64,000 nt of DNA from Prasinococcaceae sp. CCMP 1430. Taxonomy: Eukaryota; Plantae; Prasinodermophyta. Both the position numbers and the translations under genes were made by a program. The DNA lies in NCBI GenBank assembly GCA_013416795.1, contig RQSC01000974.1, positions 42,854 through 106,853 on the forward strand, written 5' to 3'. The notes beneath the pieces were generated by a model. It saw only the letters and a list, made by a program, of their open reading frames with translations. It did not search any database and had not been told where the DNA came from. Below are positions 1-12,473 of the stretch, piece after piece. Position 1 is the stretch's first letter. Each line of letters opens with the position of its first letter.

Positions 1-1820
1 CGCAGCCGGCGTCGCCGCGCACGTCCGCCCGCACGCCGGTCGCGCCCGCCGCGAGGGGGCGAGTCATACCTGCGACGACCGCTGCCGCGAGGAGGCGAGT
101 CGTAGCGCCGGTGTGGTGGCGACCGGCCGTAGTCGTCTCGGCGGTCGTATCGACCGCGGTCGCGCCGAGGCGATCGGCTGCGCTCGCGGCTCCGCTCGCG
201 GCTGCGCTCGCGGCTGCCCTCCCGGCTCTTGCTCCTGCTGCGGTCACGCGGGCTGCGGCTGCGATCGCGGGGTGAGCGGTTGCGGTCGCGAGGGCTGCGG
301 CTCCTGCTGCGACTCCTGCTGCGACTCCTGCTCCGGCTTCGGCTGCGGCTGCGGCTACGCCCCTGCTGACCCATGCCACCGTACGGCATAGGCGGCCCGC
401 CTGGCCCGCCGAAAGGTGGCCTGGCACCATACCCCATTCCAGGCATGCCATACGGAGGCATGCCGCCATAGCCAGGCGCTCCTCGACCGTACGGCATCAT
501 GCCGGGCGGGCCCATACCAGGCGGCCCACGGAAAGGCATCGGCGGCATGAAGCCCGGGCCAGGGCCGCCCATGTGACCTGGTGCAAAGCCCATGTTGGGC
601 GGATAGGTCATCGGTGGGCCGTTGGGGCCCCACATGTCTGGCCCTCCACGGCCCCTACCGCCTTGGCCGCCCTGCCCTCCACGGCCCCCGCCGGATGGCG
701 CGGGACCTGGTGGCAGAGGTGGCTGCCACCCTTCTGGCTTGCGATCGATACCGACAGGCGCACCAGGCTGCGACGCGTCCTTGGCAGGCGCAGCGGCTGC
801 CGCCGGTGCCGCAGCAGCCGCAGGCGCGGCAGCCGGCGCTGGCGCCGACGCTGGCACCGGCGGCGCGGGCGTGGGCGTGGGCGCGGGTGCAGCTGCGGGC
901 GCGGGTGCGGGTTCGGCCGCCTGAGTTGAAGCCCTCGCGCGCACAACATCCATCGCCGGCGCCGGCGCGCTCGCGCCGGGTCCGATCATCGCTCCCGGAC
1001 CAGCTGCGGCGGCCTTTTGCGCGTCCTCCATGACCTTCATGTAGTTCTCCATTGCCACAGACAGAGCGCCGGGCATGGCCGCCGTCGCTGAGGTGAGCAG
1101 GTCCGTCTCGTCGGGCGCCAGCACTGCGGTGGTGCCATCGGGCAGCACGAGGCCGCCATCGCCAGCGCGCAGCATCGTGCGCGGGATGCCCACGGGTGCC
1201 TTGTACTTCTTGACGTCGAAATCAGGATCGCCGTTCGTCGGGCAGTTCTGGATCCAGTGCCCGGGCTTGTTGCACCTGAAGCAGATGTAGCCAGGCGGGG
1301 GTGGCCCGCTCGGCCCGGCGAAGCCTCCGCGCCCGCCACCGCGCCCGCCTCCGGGCCCACCGCGCCCGCGGCCTCGTCCGGCAGACACCTCTGCGCCCCA
1401 CGTGTCGGCCGTCGTCGAGATCATCGCGCTCAGCTTGCGCGCCTCATCATCAGCGCCGGCCTCGCCGGCAAAGACGTCGGCACCGAACTCATCGGTTGGG
1501 CCTCCAGCGGCCGGGGTGGCCCGCGCCGCGGCGGCGGCGGGTGCCGCCTTCTTTTCCGCACCGCCAGCGACAATGCCCTGGCGGCGCACCTGGGGCACGC
1601 GGCGCACGATCACACTCGTGTTCTTAGGGATATTGCTGCCGCCCTCCTCGTACTCCTCGCCCGTCTCCGCGTCCTCGAGCACCAGGTCGTTGTCCGTGGT
1701 GTCTCCCAATGTGCTCAGGATTGACTTCTTCAGGTCGCCGGGCGAAATGAAGAAGCCGTCAAATTGCACAGTGTCGAACTCCTTGGCGGACTTGAACTTG
1801 AAGTACACCTTCGATGCCAT
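1..1820 (-). CDS. RBBP6: RBBP6/Mpe1-like protein (DWNN domain + CCHC zinc knuckle + Pro/Gly-rich + RS domain); 3' end runs off the window
   Basis: ATG at 1820 (gcagccATGG). Manual translation gives MASKVYFKFKSAKEFDTVQFDGFFISPGDLKKSI...IPKNTSVIVRRVP (DWNN), then PPPGYICFRCNKPGHWIQNCPTNGD (zinc knuckle), then RSRSRS/RSP repeats. The frame stays open to position 1, which is why the ORF track omits it. Confidence 0.9.
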   Translation of the reverse strand, partial: MASKVYFKFKSAKEFDTVQFDGFFISPGDLKKSILSTLGDTTDNDLVLEDAETGEEYEEGGSNIPKNTSVIVRRVPQVRRQGIVAGGAEKKAAPAAAAARATPAAGGPTDEFGADVFAGEAGADDEARKLSAMISTTADTWGAEVSAGRGRGRGGPGGGRGGGRGGFAGPSGPPPPGYICFRCNKPGHWIQNCPTNGDPDFDVKKYKAPVGIPRTMLRAGDGGLVLPDGTTAVLAPDETDLLTSATAAMPGALSVAMENYMKVMEDAQKAAAAGPGAMIGPGASAPAPAMDVVRARASTQAAEPAPAPAAAPAPTPTPAPPVPASAPAPAAAPAAAAAPAAAAAPAKDASQPGAPVGIDRKPEGWQPPLPPGPAPSGGGRGGQGGQGGRGRGGPDMWGPNGPPMTYPPNMGFAPGHMGGPGPGFMPPMPFRGPPGMGPPGMMPYGRGAPGYGGMPPYGMPGMGYGARPPFGGPGGPPMPYGGMGQQGRSRSRSRSRSRSRSRSRSRSRSPRDRNRSPRDRSRSPRDRSRSKSREGSRERSRERSRERSRSPRRDRGRYDRRDDYGRSPPHRRYDSPPRGSGRRRYDSPPRGGRDRRAGGRARRRRL

Positions 1821-2991
1821 GGCTGCGCACTTGCTTGCGCGCCCACGCGCGTTTGCTAAGCTGCTGCTCTACTCGTCTGGCGTGCCACTGCCGCTGCTGC
1901 TCGCCGCTGCCCCTCTTGCCGCCGCTGCCTACGCTGGGCACTCCTTACGGTGCGAATGGAAATAGATGCAAAAGCCCCACGTGCAAACGCCGCGCGGAGG
2001 ACACCAGTGATCGGGGAGACGTCGATGGGTCGCCAAGACAGTCGCGCCGCGCGCGCGCGGGCGGTGCACGTTCAGGGCTGGAATCTGTCGCAGCCGCTCG
2101 CGTGCGTCCTGCGGCGTGCACACGAATGCACGGCGGTCGTGGGCGTGTGAGCGCGCCCACGTACACGAGCGAGGTGGATCTTGCTCGCGGCGCCGAGGTG
2201 CTGATGTGGAGCGCCGCCGGGCGTGTAAACGTGAGAAGTGTCGAGGCCGGTGCGGTCGGCGCCGAGGCGCGCGGGTGCGGTGTGAGAAGCACGGTCCCCT
2301 GTCACTCTGGAGACTCTCCGCCCCCGTCCACCTCTCGCCCCGGCTCAGGTACGCTGAGCGCGCGGGCTGTTAGCTCTTTCGCTCTGCTTCGTCTGCGTTC
2401 CTTGCGCGGAAGCGATCTTACACGCGCGCATGCACCCGTGAGCTGAGATGAGAGCGCACACTCAAGAGCGCAGCGGGGGCGCTGCCCGGTCTCCAGACAC
2501 CGAGTTGCAACCTTGGTGCGGCTCGCCGGCCACCCTGACGAGTGCGCGCCGTCTCCTCTCCTTCACTCCCACCCCGCCCCACCCGTCCTCGTGTTCCCGC
2601 GCGCGCAACCCTAAAAAACGTGCGCGAGGCCCGCGCGACGGCGCGGCGCGGCGGCGGCGGCGGAGAGCCGCGCGTGCGGTGTGGCGGCGCGCGCGCGCGC
2701 GCGCGGAGCGCCCGCCCCGCCTCTCTCGCAACATCTGCCGCGGTCTCACCCGTATTTCGCGGCGGGCGTCCGTGCGATCGACGCGGCATTGAAATGCGCA
2801 ATCCCAATCTGCCGCGACGGGGGCGAGCGGTTTCGGCGGGCGCGGAAACGGAAAACGCGCGCCTGAAATTCCCCCCCCTCCGCCAGATCTACGTACATGC
2901 CTCCGCTGGTCCCCCAAAAAAAAGATCTGGAAAATCGCCATAAATCAAAATCAAAAAATGAGGCGCTCGCTCGCCGCGCGGCCGGGGGCTC

Positions 2992-4277
2992 TCACTTGGC
3001 CGCGCCGCCGTCCGCCGCGGGCGGCTCGGAGTTCTCCGCGAGCCTCGCCTCCAGCTTCTCGAACTCGCTCAGGCCCGTGCGCTCCGCGTCGTCGGGCGCC
3101 GCCTGCTCGACGCCCTTGACCCTGCGGCGTGCGCGCGCGGGCGAGCAGGCGGGCGCGCAGGCGAGTTCACCATCGAAAGCGCATCCGCATTGGCAGCACC
3201 ATGTCAGCTCGAGCCTGGAGGCAAGAAGCACGTGCGCCAGCGCGCTCGTGCGCACGCACTCCGGAATGTAGTGCATGAGCATGTTCTCCACGCCGGACTT
3301 GAGCGTCACCGACGAGCTTGGACAGCCCGAGCATGCCCCCTGCGCGCGCGCAAACGAGCGTGGGCGCGGCTGCGTCAGGACACGCATCGGCAAAAGAGAC
3401 GGCACAATGCGCCACGCGCGCGCGCAAGAACGCACGTACGCGCACAGCGCCCCCACGCGAGCGCATGCGCTCACCTGTAGCTTGAGATACACCACACCGC
3501 TCTCCTCATCCCACTTCTCGAAGATGATGTCGCCGCCGTCGTCCTGCACTGCAGGGCGGATGCGAGTGTCGAGCAGCTCTTTCACCATGGCCACAACCTC
3601 GTCGTCATCGTCCTGCGGCGACGCAGCCGAGAGCACGTGTGCGTGGGCTAGTAAGTTTGCTGGATCGCGTGCGCGCGCACGCGCTTGCTCACCTGCGCAC
3701 ACGCCTGCGCGCAGACCTACCTGTATGGCGCTCGGGTCTGCCTTGAGCTGGTCGCTGGAAAGCATGACGTCCTGCCCGCTGGCAAAAAAGTCCATGATGG
3801 CCGCGAAGACGTCCGGCTTGATCATGGACCACTCGTAGCCCTCCTTTTTTGTGACGGTGACAAAGTCGGAGCCGAAAAAGAGCGCCTGCACGCCGTCCAC
3901 AGCGAAGAGCGAACGCGCCAGCGGGGAGCGCGACGCCGACCTTAGCCGTGCACGTGCGCGCACGCGCGTGCATGCGTGCGGTGGGGTGCACGCGTGGAGC
4001 GGAGAGAGGAGGGAGCGAGCAAACCGGTTTGCAGTGTGAAGAGCTGTGTCAGCGGGTGCTGGCAGACGAGTGAGCAGGCGGGTGAGAGGCAATGCGCGTA
4101 CCTGACGTCTGGGAAGTCCTCGCTGCCACGACCCATCACGTCACGGCCCGGGACGAACATGAGACTTGCAGGGTTGGGTGTCGACTGCGTCTGGATGAAC
4201 ATGCCACGGGCGCCCGCCGGCGGTGCGCCCAGCCCCCTGCGCGTCGAAAGCGCCGCGAAGGCGCGTACAAGCCCCAT
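2992..4277 (-). CDS. NFU1: Mitochondrial NFU1-type Fe-S scaffold protein
   Basis: Exons about 4277-4102, 3940-3721, 3612-3475, 3339-3260, 3121-2992 splice in frame: [16 protein letters not shown]..., [61 protein letters not shown] (CxxC). Start codon uncertain. Confidence 0.93.
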
Positions 4278-4837
4278 CGTCGTCGCACATCCGTCCGCCG
4301 CAGCCGCCGCGCGCGCGAACGCACCAGCGGCCGCAGCAGCAGGCGCGCCTGCGCAGGCGCCCGCGCGCGACGCCGCATCGTGGCTGCGCAGGGGCGCTGC
4401 GAGCGGCGCGCTCGGTGCGCAGAGCAGGAGTGCGCGCGCGCGCACGTGCGAGGCGCGGCTGCGGCGGTGGTGGGGAGGCCGTGAGAGGGTTGGCGCGCGC
4501 GCTGTGGCGCCCCTGCACGCGCGCGCTGCTGGCGCGAGCCTGGACCCTCGATGGCCACGGGTCTGGATTTGATTGACCCGGTAGAACAGAGCGAACAGTA
4601 CTGTAATAATCACCCCAAGACCGGAATAGACCGGGTATCACTGTCGTCGTCCCGGGGGGCGCACTGCTGCGATTTTTTGAGTGGGTGACTGGGGAGGGAG
4701 GGAGGGGGGGGGGCGGCAGCGCCGCATATGGGCGTGGCTGGCGTGGTGGTTGGCGGCCGTCAGGGCGTGGCCGGAGGCGTCAGAGCGCGCGAGACGCGCG
4801 GGCGGCCCCGCGAGGGGTCGCGCAGCGCGAGTCTGGC

Positions 4838-7800
4838 ATGGCGCCGCCTGTGGCGATGTCGAGCGGCTCGAGCGCGCGCTTCTCGCGGCTCGGTAACGGC
4901 ATGACCGAGGTGGAGCTCGCTGACATGGAGGTCGGCGTCGCCCGCGGCAGCGGCGGCGGCGCTTCCGCTGCCTCTGGCGGCGCGGTGCTTCCGAGGCGCC
5001 GTAGCCCAGCTGGCACCCTCGCGCTCGGTGCGGCGCTGGCGATGGTGGCGATCGGCTTGCTCGCGTGGGTGCTCGGCGCCGGATCGCGCCCCTCAGCGGT
5101 CGATCTGCCCGCTTTCGAGTCATCTCCGCTTGATGTGCGCGAGTATGGCGCGATCGAGCTCGCCAACGGCCTACGTGTCGCGCTTGTCTCCGATCCGAGC
5201 GCGGCGCTCGCCGCAGGCGCCGTCGACGTGCACGTTGGCTCGCAGGCCGACCCGCGCAACACCAGCGGACTCGCACACTTCCTCGAGCACATGATGTTCC
5301 AAGGCTCGGAGCGCTTCCCCGGCAACGGCGCGTACATGGAGTGGCTGAGCGCGAGAGAGGGGTCTTCCAATGCATATACGGCCGGCGAGGACACTAACTA
5401 CTACTTCGAAGTCGAAGCGGCGTCGCTCGGCGGCGCCCTCTCGCGTCTGGGCTCGCAGTTCGAGGCGCCACTCCTGGCAGCCGAGGCCTCAGCGAAGGAG
5501 GTGAATGCCGTCAACAACGAGCACGTGAAGAACCTCAACTCGGACTCGTGGCGGCAGTGGATGCTCCTCAAGGCGCTGAGCGTGCCCGGCGGCGAGTGGC
5601 AGAACTTCGGCACCGGCGACGCATCGACACTCGCCGGCGCAGTAGCAGCCGTGGGCGCGGCGGATGGCGACGATGTGCTGCGGCGCTTCTTTGAGACACA
5701 CTATAGCGCTGAGCGCATGACCGCGTGCATCGCCGGGCCACAGCCGCTCGGTGAGCTGCGTGCACTCGCCGTAGAGCACTTGTCGGCCATCCCCGCGCGC
5801 CCGACGGGCGACAGCGCGAGCGATGCGCTACTTGACGCCAAGGCGGCGCGCGAGCGCGGACCCGACGTGTTCGGCCCCGCTCCGGAGGAAGACAGGAGCG
5901 GTGGCGGTGGGTTTTCCTTCGCGCCGTACGAGCTGCGGACAAGCTATCTGCCCGCGCCCAAGGTTGTATACACCAAAAGCATCTCAGACAGGAGCCTGGC
6001 GCTCGTCTGGGCGGTGCCCGGGCGCGCTGATTCGGACGCGGGCGCGCCCTTCGGCAAGCGCCACTATGACTACGACTCGCTCACCGTGCCGTTCCTGCAG
6101 AGCGTGCTCGACGCAACGCACGAAGGCTCCGCCAGCGCGGCGCTCCAGGCCGCCAACCTCGCGTATGGCGCGACATTCTCCGTCGACCAATACGACGATT
6201 GGGCGTTCTGCCAGCTCGAGGTGAGGCTCACGCCGCAGGGCGTCAGGAGACACACCGCGGTCGCGGCGACGGTGCTCGCGTACCTCGGCGCGTTTAACAA
6301 CGCCGCCGCTGAGGACCTCGCAGCCGCCTTCAGCACTTACCAGCGCGCCGCCGAGGCGCAGTGGAAGTACACCTACAACGTGAAGGAGCTCGGTACGCTC
6401 GTCTTCGACGCGAGCGAAGACATGCAGTTCGTCCCGCATCGACGCGTGCTGGGATCGCCGATGGGCGCTGAGTACAACGAGGACGTCGTGCGCGCGTACA
6501 TCTCAGCCATGAAGCCTGCAAAAGTGGTCATGTTGCTCGCCGCGCCAGACGCACTGCGTGCGGCCGCGGCCGACCTGGAGCTCAATGAGCCCATCTACGG
6601 CTCTGCGTTCTGGCAGCGCCCGCTAGCAGGGCTCCACGATGCTGAGCTGCTCCACGAGGCGTGGCAGGGGGGCAAGTATACGCTCCTAGGGAAGGAGCTG
6701 ACGATGACGCTGCCACCGCCCAACCCGTACGTCCCGAGCGACGCCGATGCATCCATCGTCGCCCCAAAGGGAAGTGATGGGACGCCCTCGCGGCTGCAGG
6801 AGTGCGCGGGGGCGGGGGCGCAGGTTGAGGCGTGCAGCAGCGATGCGGTCGTGTGGCTCGCGCCGAACGCCGCGCGTAGCACCTCGCAGCTCTTCGCGAA
6901 ATGCGTCGTGAACGCGCCGGGCCTCGCGTGGGAGGTCGCAGCGGACGGCGAACGCTTCGAGCAGGTTTCGCTGCGTCTCGACGCGGCTTTCAGCGACGTC
7001 TCCAAGGCAGTGGCGGGCCTCGCGAGCCAGGCGGGCGTTGGCGTGTCTTGGGGGCGCGCGGCCGACGGTGGTGTAGTCATCAGCGCATCGGGTGCCGCGC
7101 TCGCGGCGGAGCGCGCACTCTCTGACTACGTTGCCGCGCTGGTGTCGCACAAGCCAACGCCCGCCGACGCGCTGCGCGCGGCGCTCGGGCTGCTCTCGAG
7201 CGTCGAGACCACGCGCTCGCAGCCGCTTTTCAGGCAGTATGCGAGACTCACTGAGGAAGTGCTGCAGGAGAAGAAATGGTTGCTCGATCAGGTTGCCCTG
7301 TTCGCAACGTCGGTGAGGCACGCGGCCGAGGCGAATAACACCGAGGCGTTGTCGCATTTGCTTCCCGACATTTTCACTGGGACTCCGCAGGTGGACTGCT
7401 TCGCATATGGCAACGTCGACGAGGTGCTCGCTGCTCGCGTCAGTGCCTCGGTAGTGCAGGGCGTGTCCGCCGCAGACGATGGAGCGCAGCGCACGAAGCG
7501 GCCACAGCACCGCGGGCAGCGTGTGCTCCCCGTGGGCGACGCGTATGTGCGCCTTCCCCATCCCGCTGAGCAAATTGACGGCGCGCCACCCGACGGCAAT
7601 TCGCTGTACGTATCGTTGCACCAGTCCGACATGGCAGGGGCGCAAGGCTCACCAGAGCGCGCGATGGACAGGCTGGCGCACTCGTACCTTGTGTCGCAGG
7701 TGAGCAAGAGATTAGCTCAGCGGATACGTGCACGCATTGTGATCGCACACTGACGTTCTCTCCGCACCTCCCCATCCTATGGCCACACGCCCATAGCTCT

Positions 7801-8635
7801 ATCAAAGCGCCTTCAACGAGCTGCGCACCAAACAGCAACTCGGGTACGTCGTCTTCGTGCTCTATCGCGCGCTGGCCGTGGGCATGCACCGCATCTTCGT
7901 CATCGTTCAGAGCTCGGACTACGAGGCCAAGTATCTCGACTCACGTGTGCGCGAGTGGATCATGCAGAACGCGAGTGCTCTGGTGGCCGACTGCGACGAG
8001 GCGGGGGCTGAGGGCGGGCTCCTCGCACCTGGCTGGCGCGAGGCGCTCGTGTCAACGCTCTCAGAGCCGCCAGAGAGCCCTGCGGCCGAGTTCGACGAGG
8101 TGCGTTGGTGCCAGCGTGCGTGCACATGCGCATACTCACCACCAAAGGAGCTGCGCTGACGCACGCCGGACTGCCATTCATGCGCCGCGCGCCCGCGCGC
8201 GATCCCCAAATTCTTGCGCACACAGCTGTACACGCCGTTCTCGCTCGACGCCGAGTCGCCCTGGTTTGACCTGAAAGAGCAGCTGGTTGCGGCTGCGAGG
8301 GAGCTCACATGTGCGCACCTGCAGGACGCATTCGAGCGCACGCTGAGCACCGCGAATCCGAACGCCCGTCATCTTGCCACCCTGGTAGATCCGGCCGCCA
8401 GGGGAGATCAGGCGGGCCCCGCGACCAACAAGGTGCGCTCGAGCGAAGCGCGAGCGACGGGGTGTGCCCGTACCGCATGTCGTGGGCCCGCTCGCGCCTG
8501 CGCCGGCTTGCAAGGCCGACGTCTAACTGCGCCTCTATTGCGCCTCCGCAGGTGAAGGTATCGCCAAACGTTGGGCCTGAGGATGAGGTCAACGTCGGCG
8601 ATTGGGTAGATGGCCTCGAGCTCAAGAGGCTGTAG
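4838..8635 (+). CDS. M16A (insulysin/pitrilysin-like) zinc metallopeptidase with N-terminal transmembrane anchor
   Basis: HFLEH inverted zinc motif (5276-5290), GSSNAYT, EVNAVNNEH, and FNELRTKQQLGYVVF in exon 2. Exons 4838-7699, 7797-8099, 8226-8432, 8552-8635. Hydrophobic LALGAALAMVAIGLLAWVLGA near the N-terminus. Confidence 0.88.
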
Positions 8636-9182
8636 ACACACGCGCGCACTGTGCGTGTGCCCCAGGCGGTCCGATGACCGCCGGCCTGCGCTCCCTGCAT
8701 GGTTCCATGGACGCCACGCACACCCACACATAATTCGATACATCCCCGAGCCCCCTTTGCAATCGCAATCTCACTCAGTGCCACGTGCCGCCACGGCGCC
8801 CAGGCCCACCCCGCGTGCGCGCGCCCACCCCGCGCGCGCTGCGAGGCGCGCGTTCCCGTTCCCCGTCTTGCGGCGGCGTTCCCCCGCCGGCGCGCGCGGG
8901 TGGCGGGCTCCGCTTTCGATTTGATTGGGCCGCTGCGCGGCTGCGGCGGAGGCGCGCTGGCACTCTCGATTTGATGTACATTATTGAAGGGGCACGATCC
9001 AAGGGGCACAACGGAGGATTTCGCGGTGCTTCCTCGTCCGCCGTAGCGGCGGGGGAACCGCGCGGCGCCTGGCGCGCGCGCGGCGGCAGCGGCGCCAGGC
9101 CACGCGATGCGCGCGCCCCGTGCGCGCGCCACACGCCGCACGCGGCCCGCACGCGGCCCGTACTCGGCCCACCTAGTCTGAC

Positions 9183-11465
9183 ATGGCCTCGGTACACAAG
9201 ATGGGTGAGCAGAGCCATGCAGGCCGCGGGAGCGTCGGGTGGACGCACCTTCGGACGGCCTTGCTCGCCACGCTGGCGTTTGCGCGCGCGCCGCGTGCGG
9301 CCGACGCGCACGGCATGATGGTGCTCCCGCGAACACGCAACGTCGTCGCAGCACAGGACGGCAAGTGGTGGGTGCCGCCAGGGGCGCCATCGACGCCACG
9401 CCCGGAATCCTGCCCGCACTGTCTCAACCGCGGTGGCAGCGTCGGCGCCTGTGGCGTCGTCGAGGTCAGTCGCGGCGCGGCGCGTGCAGCGTCTCCCCCT
9501 CGAAGCCGCACGCATCAGGCTGACAGCGCCTCTTTACACACATACACCGCCACCACCACCACCACCACACACTCACACGCACACTCACACGCACACTCAC
9601 CTTCGGCATCCCGCTCGCGCGGGGCACGCGTGCAGGACCGCAACTACAATGTCCCTAAGGACTCTGCTGGCGCAGTGATGCGTCCGCTGCCGATTGAAGG
9701 GGAATACGTGGAGGGCGGGCTCGTGACCGTGCGGTTCACCCTCACTGCGCACCACCGTGGTCACGTAGAGCTGAAGCTTTGCCCAGACTCTGGCGACGCC
9801 ATCTACAACGCACAGCAGGAGTGCTTTGAGGTGTGTCAGCGCACGCGCGCGTGCAAACGGATCGGGTACACTTTCGCTCGGCATGAATCCATGCGTGTGC
9901 GCGTGTGCACGTGCGTGCCCGCCAACGCACTCAGCGGCCGTGTGAGCGGGCGCCTGCACGCGCCTGAGAGATGCAAGAACAAAGTGGGGGGCGAGCCAGT
10001 GCGCCGCTGACGCATCCCTCCGCCACTTCTCACGCTCGCGCGAATTCATCAGGGGCACCACCTGGAATTCGTCCGTGACAACAAGTATGGTGCTCCGCGC
10101 GACGACAACTACCCAGTGCGCGGTTACGCCGCCCCCAATGATGGCTCCGCCCTCGACGCCAGCGCGCCAAACATGAACCTTGACGCGCCCGATGACGCTC
10201 GCAATCTTCGCGTTGGTATGGATTTCGAGATGGTCTACAAGCTGCCGGAGGTGTGTGCATGCGCTTGCGAGTGATGAAGCGCGTGTGCTCAGATGTCAAA
10301 GGAGGCGCGCGACGCTCTGTGTGTGCCGGCTGCGTGTGCTCGAGCAAGCGGGTGCTCGAGCTCGCAGCAATTGTCATCACGCGTGCGTCACCGCATGATT
10401 GCACGTGGACTGACGCTACTCCCACCCCACCCCACCCCACTCCCCCTGGGGATGGCACACTTCCATCCCTTCATGGACCGCTCCGATTGCGCGGGCCCGC
10501 CGTCCGTGACTCGACGCTCGCGCACGAACACCTAGGGTGTGAGCTGCGACCACTGCCTTCTGCAGTGGCACTACATCTCGGGCAACAGCTGCGAGGTAGA
10601 GGGCTACGACCAGGCAGGTCTACCAGCAGGCTGGCGCAACGCGCAGATTCCCGAGTGCGGGATCCTTCCCCCCGACGGCGAGGGCGCCCCAGAGCAATTC
10701 TGGAATTGCGCTGACGTGCGCATCTTGCCGAATGATGGCGGCGGTGGCGGAGACCCTCCTGCTGAGGATGACGAGGGGGGTGACGCACCCGCCGAGGAGG
10801 ACGCTGATGAAATCGACAATGGTGGAGGTGAAGCCGAGCAGCCAGGCGAGACGGAGCGGCCATCTGACGAGCCTGATGATGGCATCGATGACATGGAAGA
10901 CGGGGATGAGCAGGAGGAGCTCCCTGCAAACGGCGATGCTGGTGATGGCAACGATGGGGGCGACGAGGACAGCAGTGGCGGTGGAGACGGCGGCGACGAC
11001 CTCTGCCAACGCTCCGAGCACCACCTCGTGGCTGTGCCTGGCTCATGCGATGCCTTCATGCATTGCGTGAGTGGGCGTGTGGTGGGCGAGCCTACCTCAT
11101 GCCCGCCCGGGACCCTTTTCAACGAGCGCATGCAGTACTGCGATTGGGCTGACAACGTCAGGTACGTGCGCACATCGCACGAGCGGAACGAGAGGCAGGT
11201 CCGCTCGAAGCACGTATGCATGCGTGTGCCTGAATAAGCGCGAGAGCATGTAGGAGGCGCGCAAGTGGCCGTGCTGACGTCCCCGCGCGCGAGCAGCTGC
11301 GAGGCCGGCGGCGGCAGCGACAACGCGAACGCAAAGGGCAAGAAGAAGGCCAAGAAGGCCAAGAAGGCCAACAAGAAGGCAAAGAAGAAGGCCAAGAAGG
11401 CGAAGAGGAAGGGAAAGAAGAGCAAGAAGTCCAAGGTCGCGAGGCGTCTCCTCTGGGAGGTGTAG
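9183..11465 (+). CDS. Secreted lytic polysaccharide monooxygenase (AA15/AA10-like) + acidic linker + CBM14 chitin-binding domain + Lys-rich tail
   Basis: Exons 9183(or 9201)-9464, 9636-9830, 10053-10250, 10536-11161, 11297-11465 splice in frame. Signal peptide ends ADA|HG (His1 codon 9309). Motifs LTAHHRGHVELKLC, CLLQWHYISGNSC, EQFWNCADV. The six-Cys CBM14 is completed only across the last intron (YCDWADNV-S-C). Confidence 0.85.
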
Positions 11466-11504
11466 GGCACGGGCGGTTTGGCCACGCGTGCGCGTGCGCG
11501 CTAC

Positions 11505-11509
11505 TGTAA
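11505..11509 (+). promoter_or_regulatory. Putative green-algal TGTAA polyadenylation signal (also 47418-47422 +, 18707-18711 -, 15815-15819 -)
   Basis: TGTAA lies about 40-230 nt downstream of the stop codons of the LPMO, MA3, CFAP45 and VPS9 genes, on the correct strand in each case. Confidence 0.5.
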
Positions 11510-12219
11510 CATTGACGCGCAAACAATTTTCAACACTGCGTGTAGAGTGTTCGAGGAAGAACTTCCAGGTGGACTGATGATGAGGCAGACTCACATGATG
11601 ACTGTCACGACACACGTCATGTCCATGACGGACATCGACAGCCCTTGGAGACGGACCCTACCCTAAATTGCTTTGGAGCGAACCCGCCCATCGGCCAGCC
11701 AGGCGCCTCCTTACGCGCGGCGGGGTTCCATGGTTCCGCATCTCCTGGCGAGTGGAAGCGAAGCCCGGAATCCGTCCATCTCGGGCGGAGAGATTCGGTC
11801 GGTCGGCCGCCATCATCGAGCTGGATCCGTTTCACGTGGGTCTGCATGAACGCACGCAGCGACGACCGTTCCACGCCGGAGCGGACCACGCCCCTCCTCC
11901 CGAACGTCCATCAGGGATGGGAGCCGCGCCGCGGGGGCGACGCACGGCACAGACTGAGACCAGCTAGGAGCAAGCCGACCGACCCACGGACTCGGTCGGG
12001 CGGGCGGGCGGGCGGGCGCACCCCCTCGACTCGATCGATCGACGGCGGCCGTGCCGCGGGGCTTCCTCCGACCGATCGACGAGTGGCAAGCAAGGCTTCG
12101 GATCCACGGCGGGAGCAGCGCGCGGCGGCAGCCGGCGCTGCCCGCGGTGGTCATTTCGATGGGGGAGTGCAAAGTTTCCCAGCCGACCGACTGCGCGCGC
12201 TGCCCTCGCCGGGCGCAGT

Positions 12220-12232
12220 CAGACAGGCAGGC

Positions 12233-12287
<55 letters not shown>

Positions 12288-12293
12288 GAGAGA

Positions 12294-12348
<55 letters not shown>

Positions 12349-12349
12349 A

Positions 12350-12404
<55 letters not shown>

Positions 12405-12413
12405 GAGACAGAC

Positions 12414-12473
<60 letters not shown>

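Noticed and set aside
113-1033. Cys-rich or Pro-rich + strand ORFs
   Set aside because: Antisense reading of the RBBP6 RS and Pro/Gly regions.
1830-2990. Gene or ncRNA in the 1.1-kb RBBP6-NFU1 spacer
   Set aside because: Only Arg/Ala-rich low-complexity ORFs and no recognisable RNA motif.
11570-11620. C/D-box snoRNA (TGATGA motifs)
   Set aside because: No suitably spaced CTGA D box or terminal stem.
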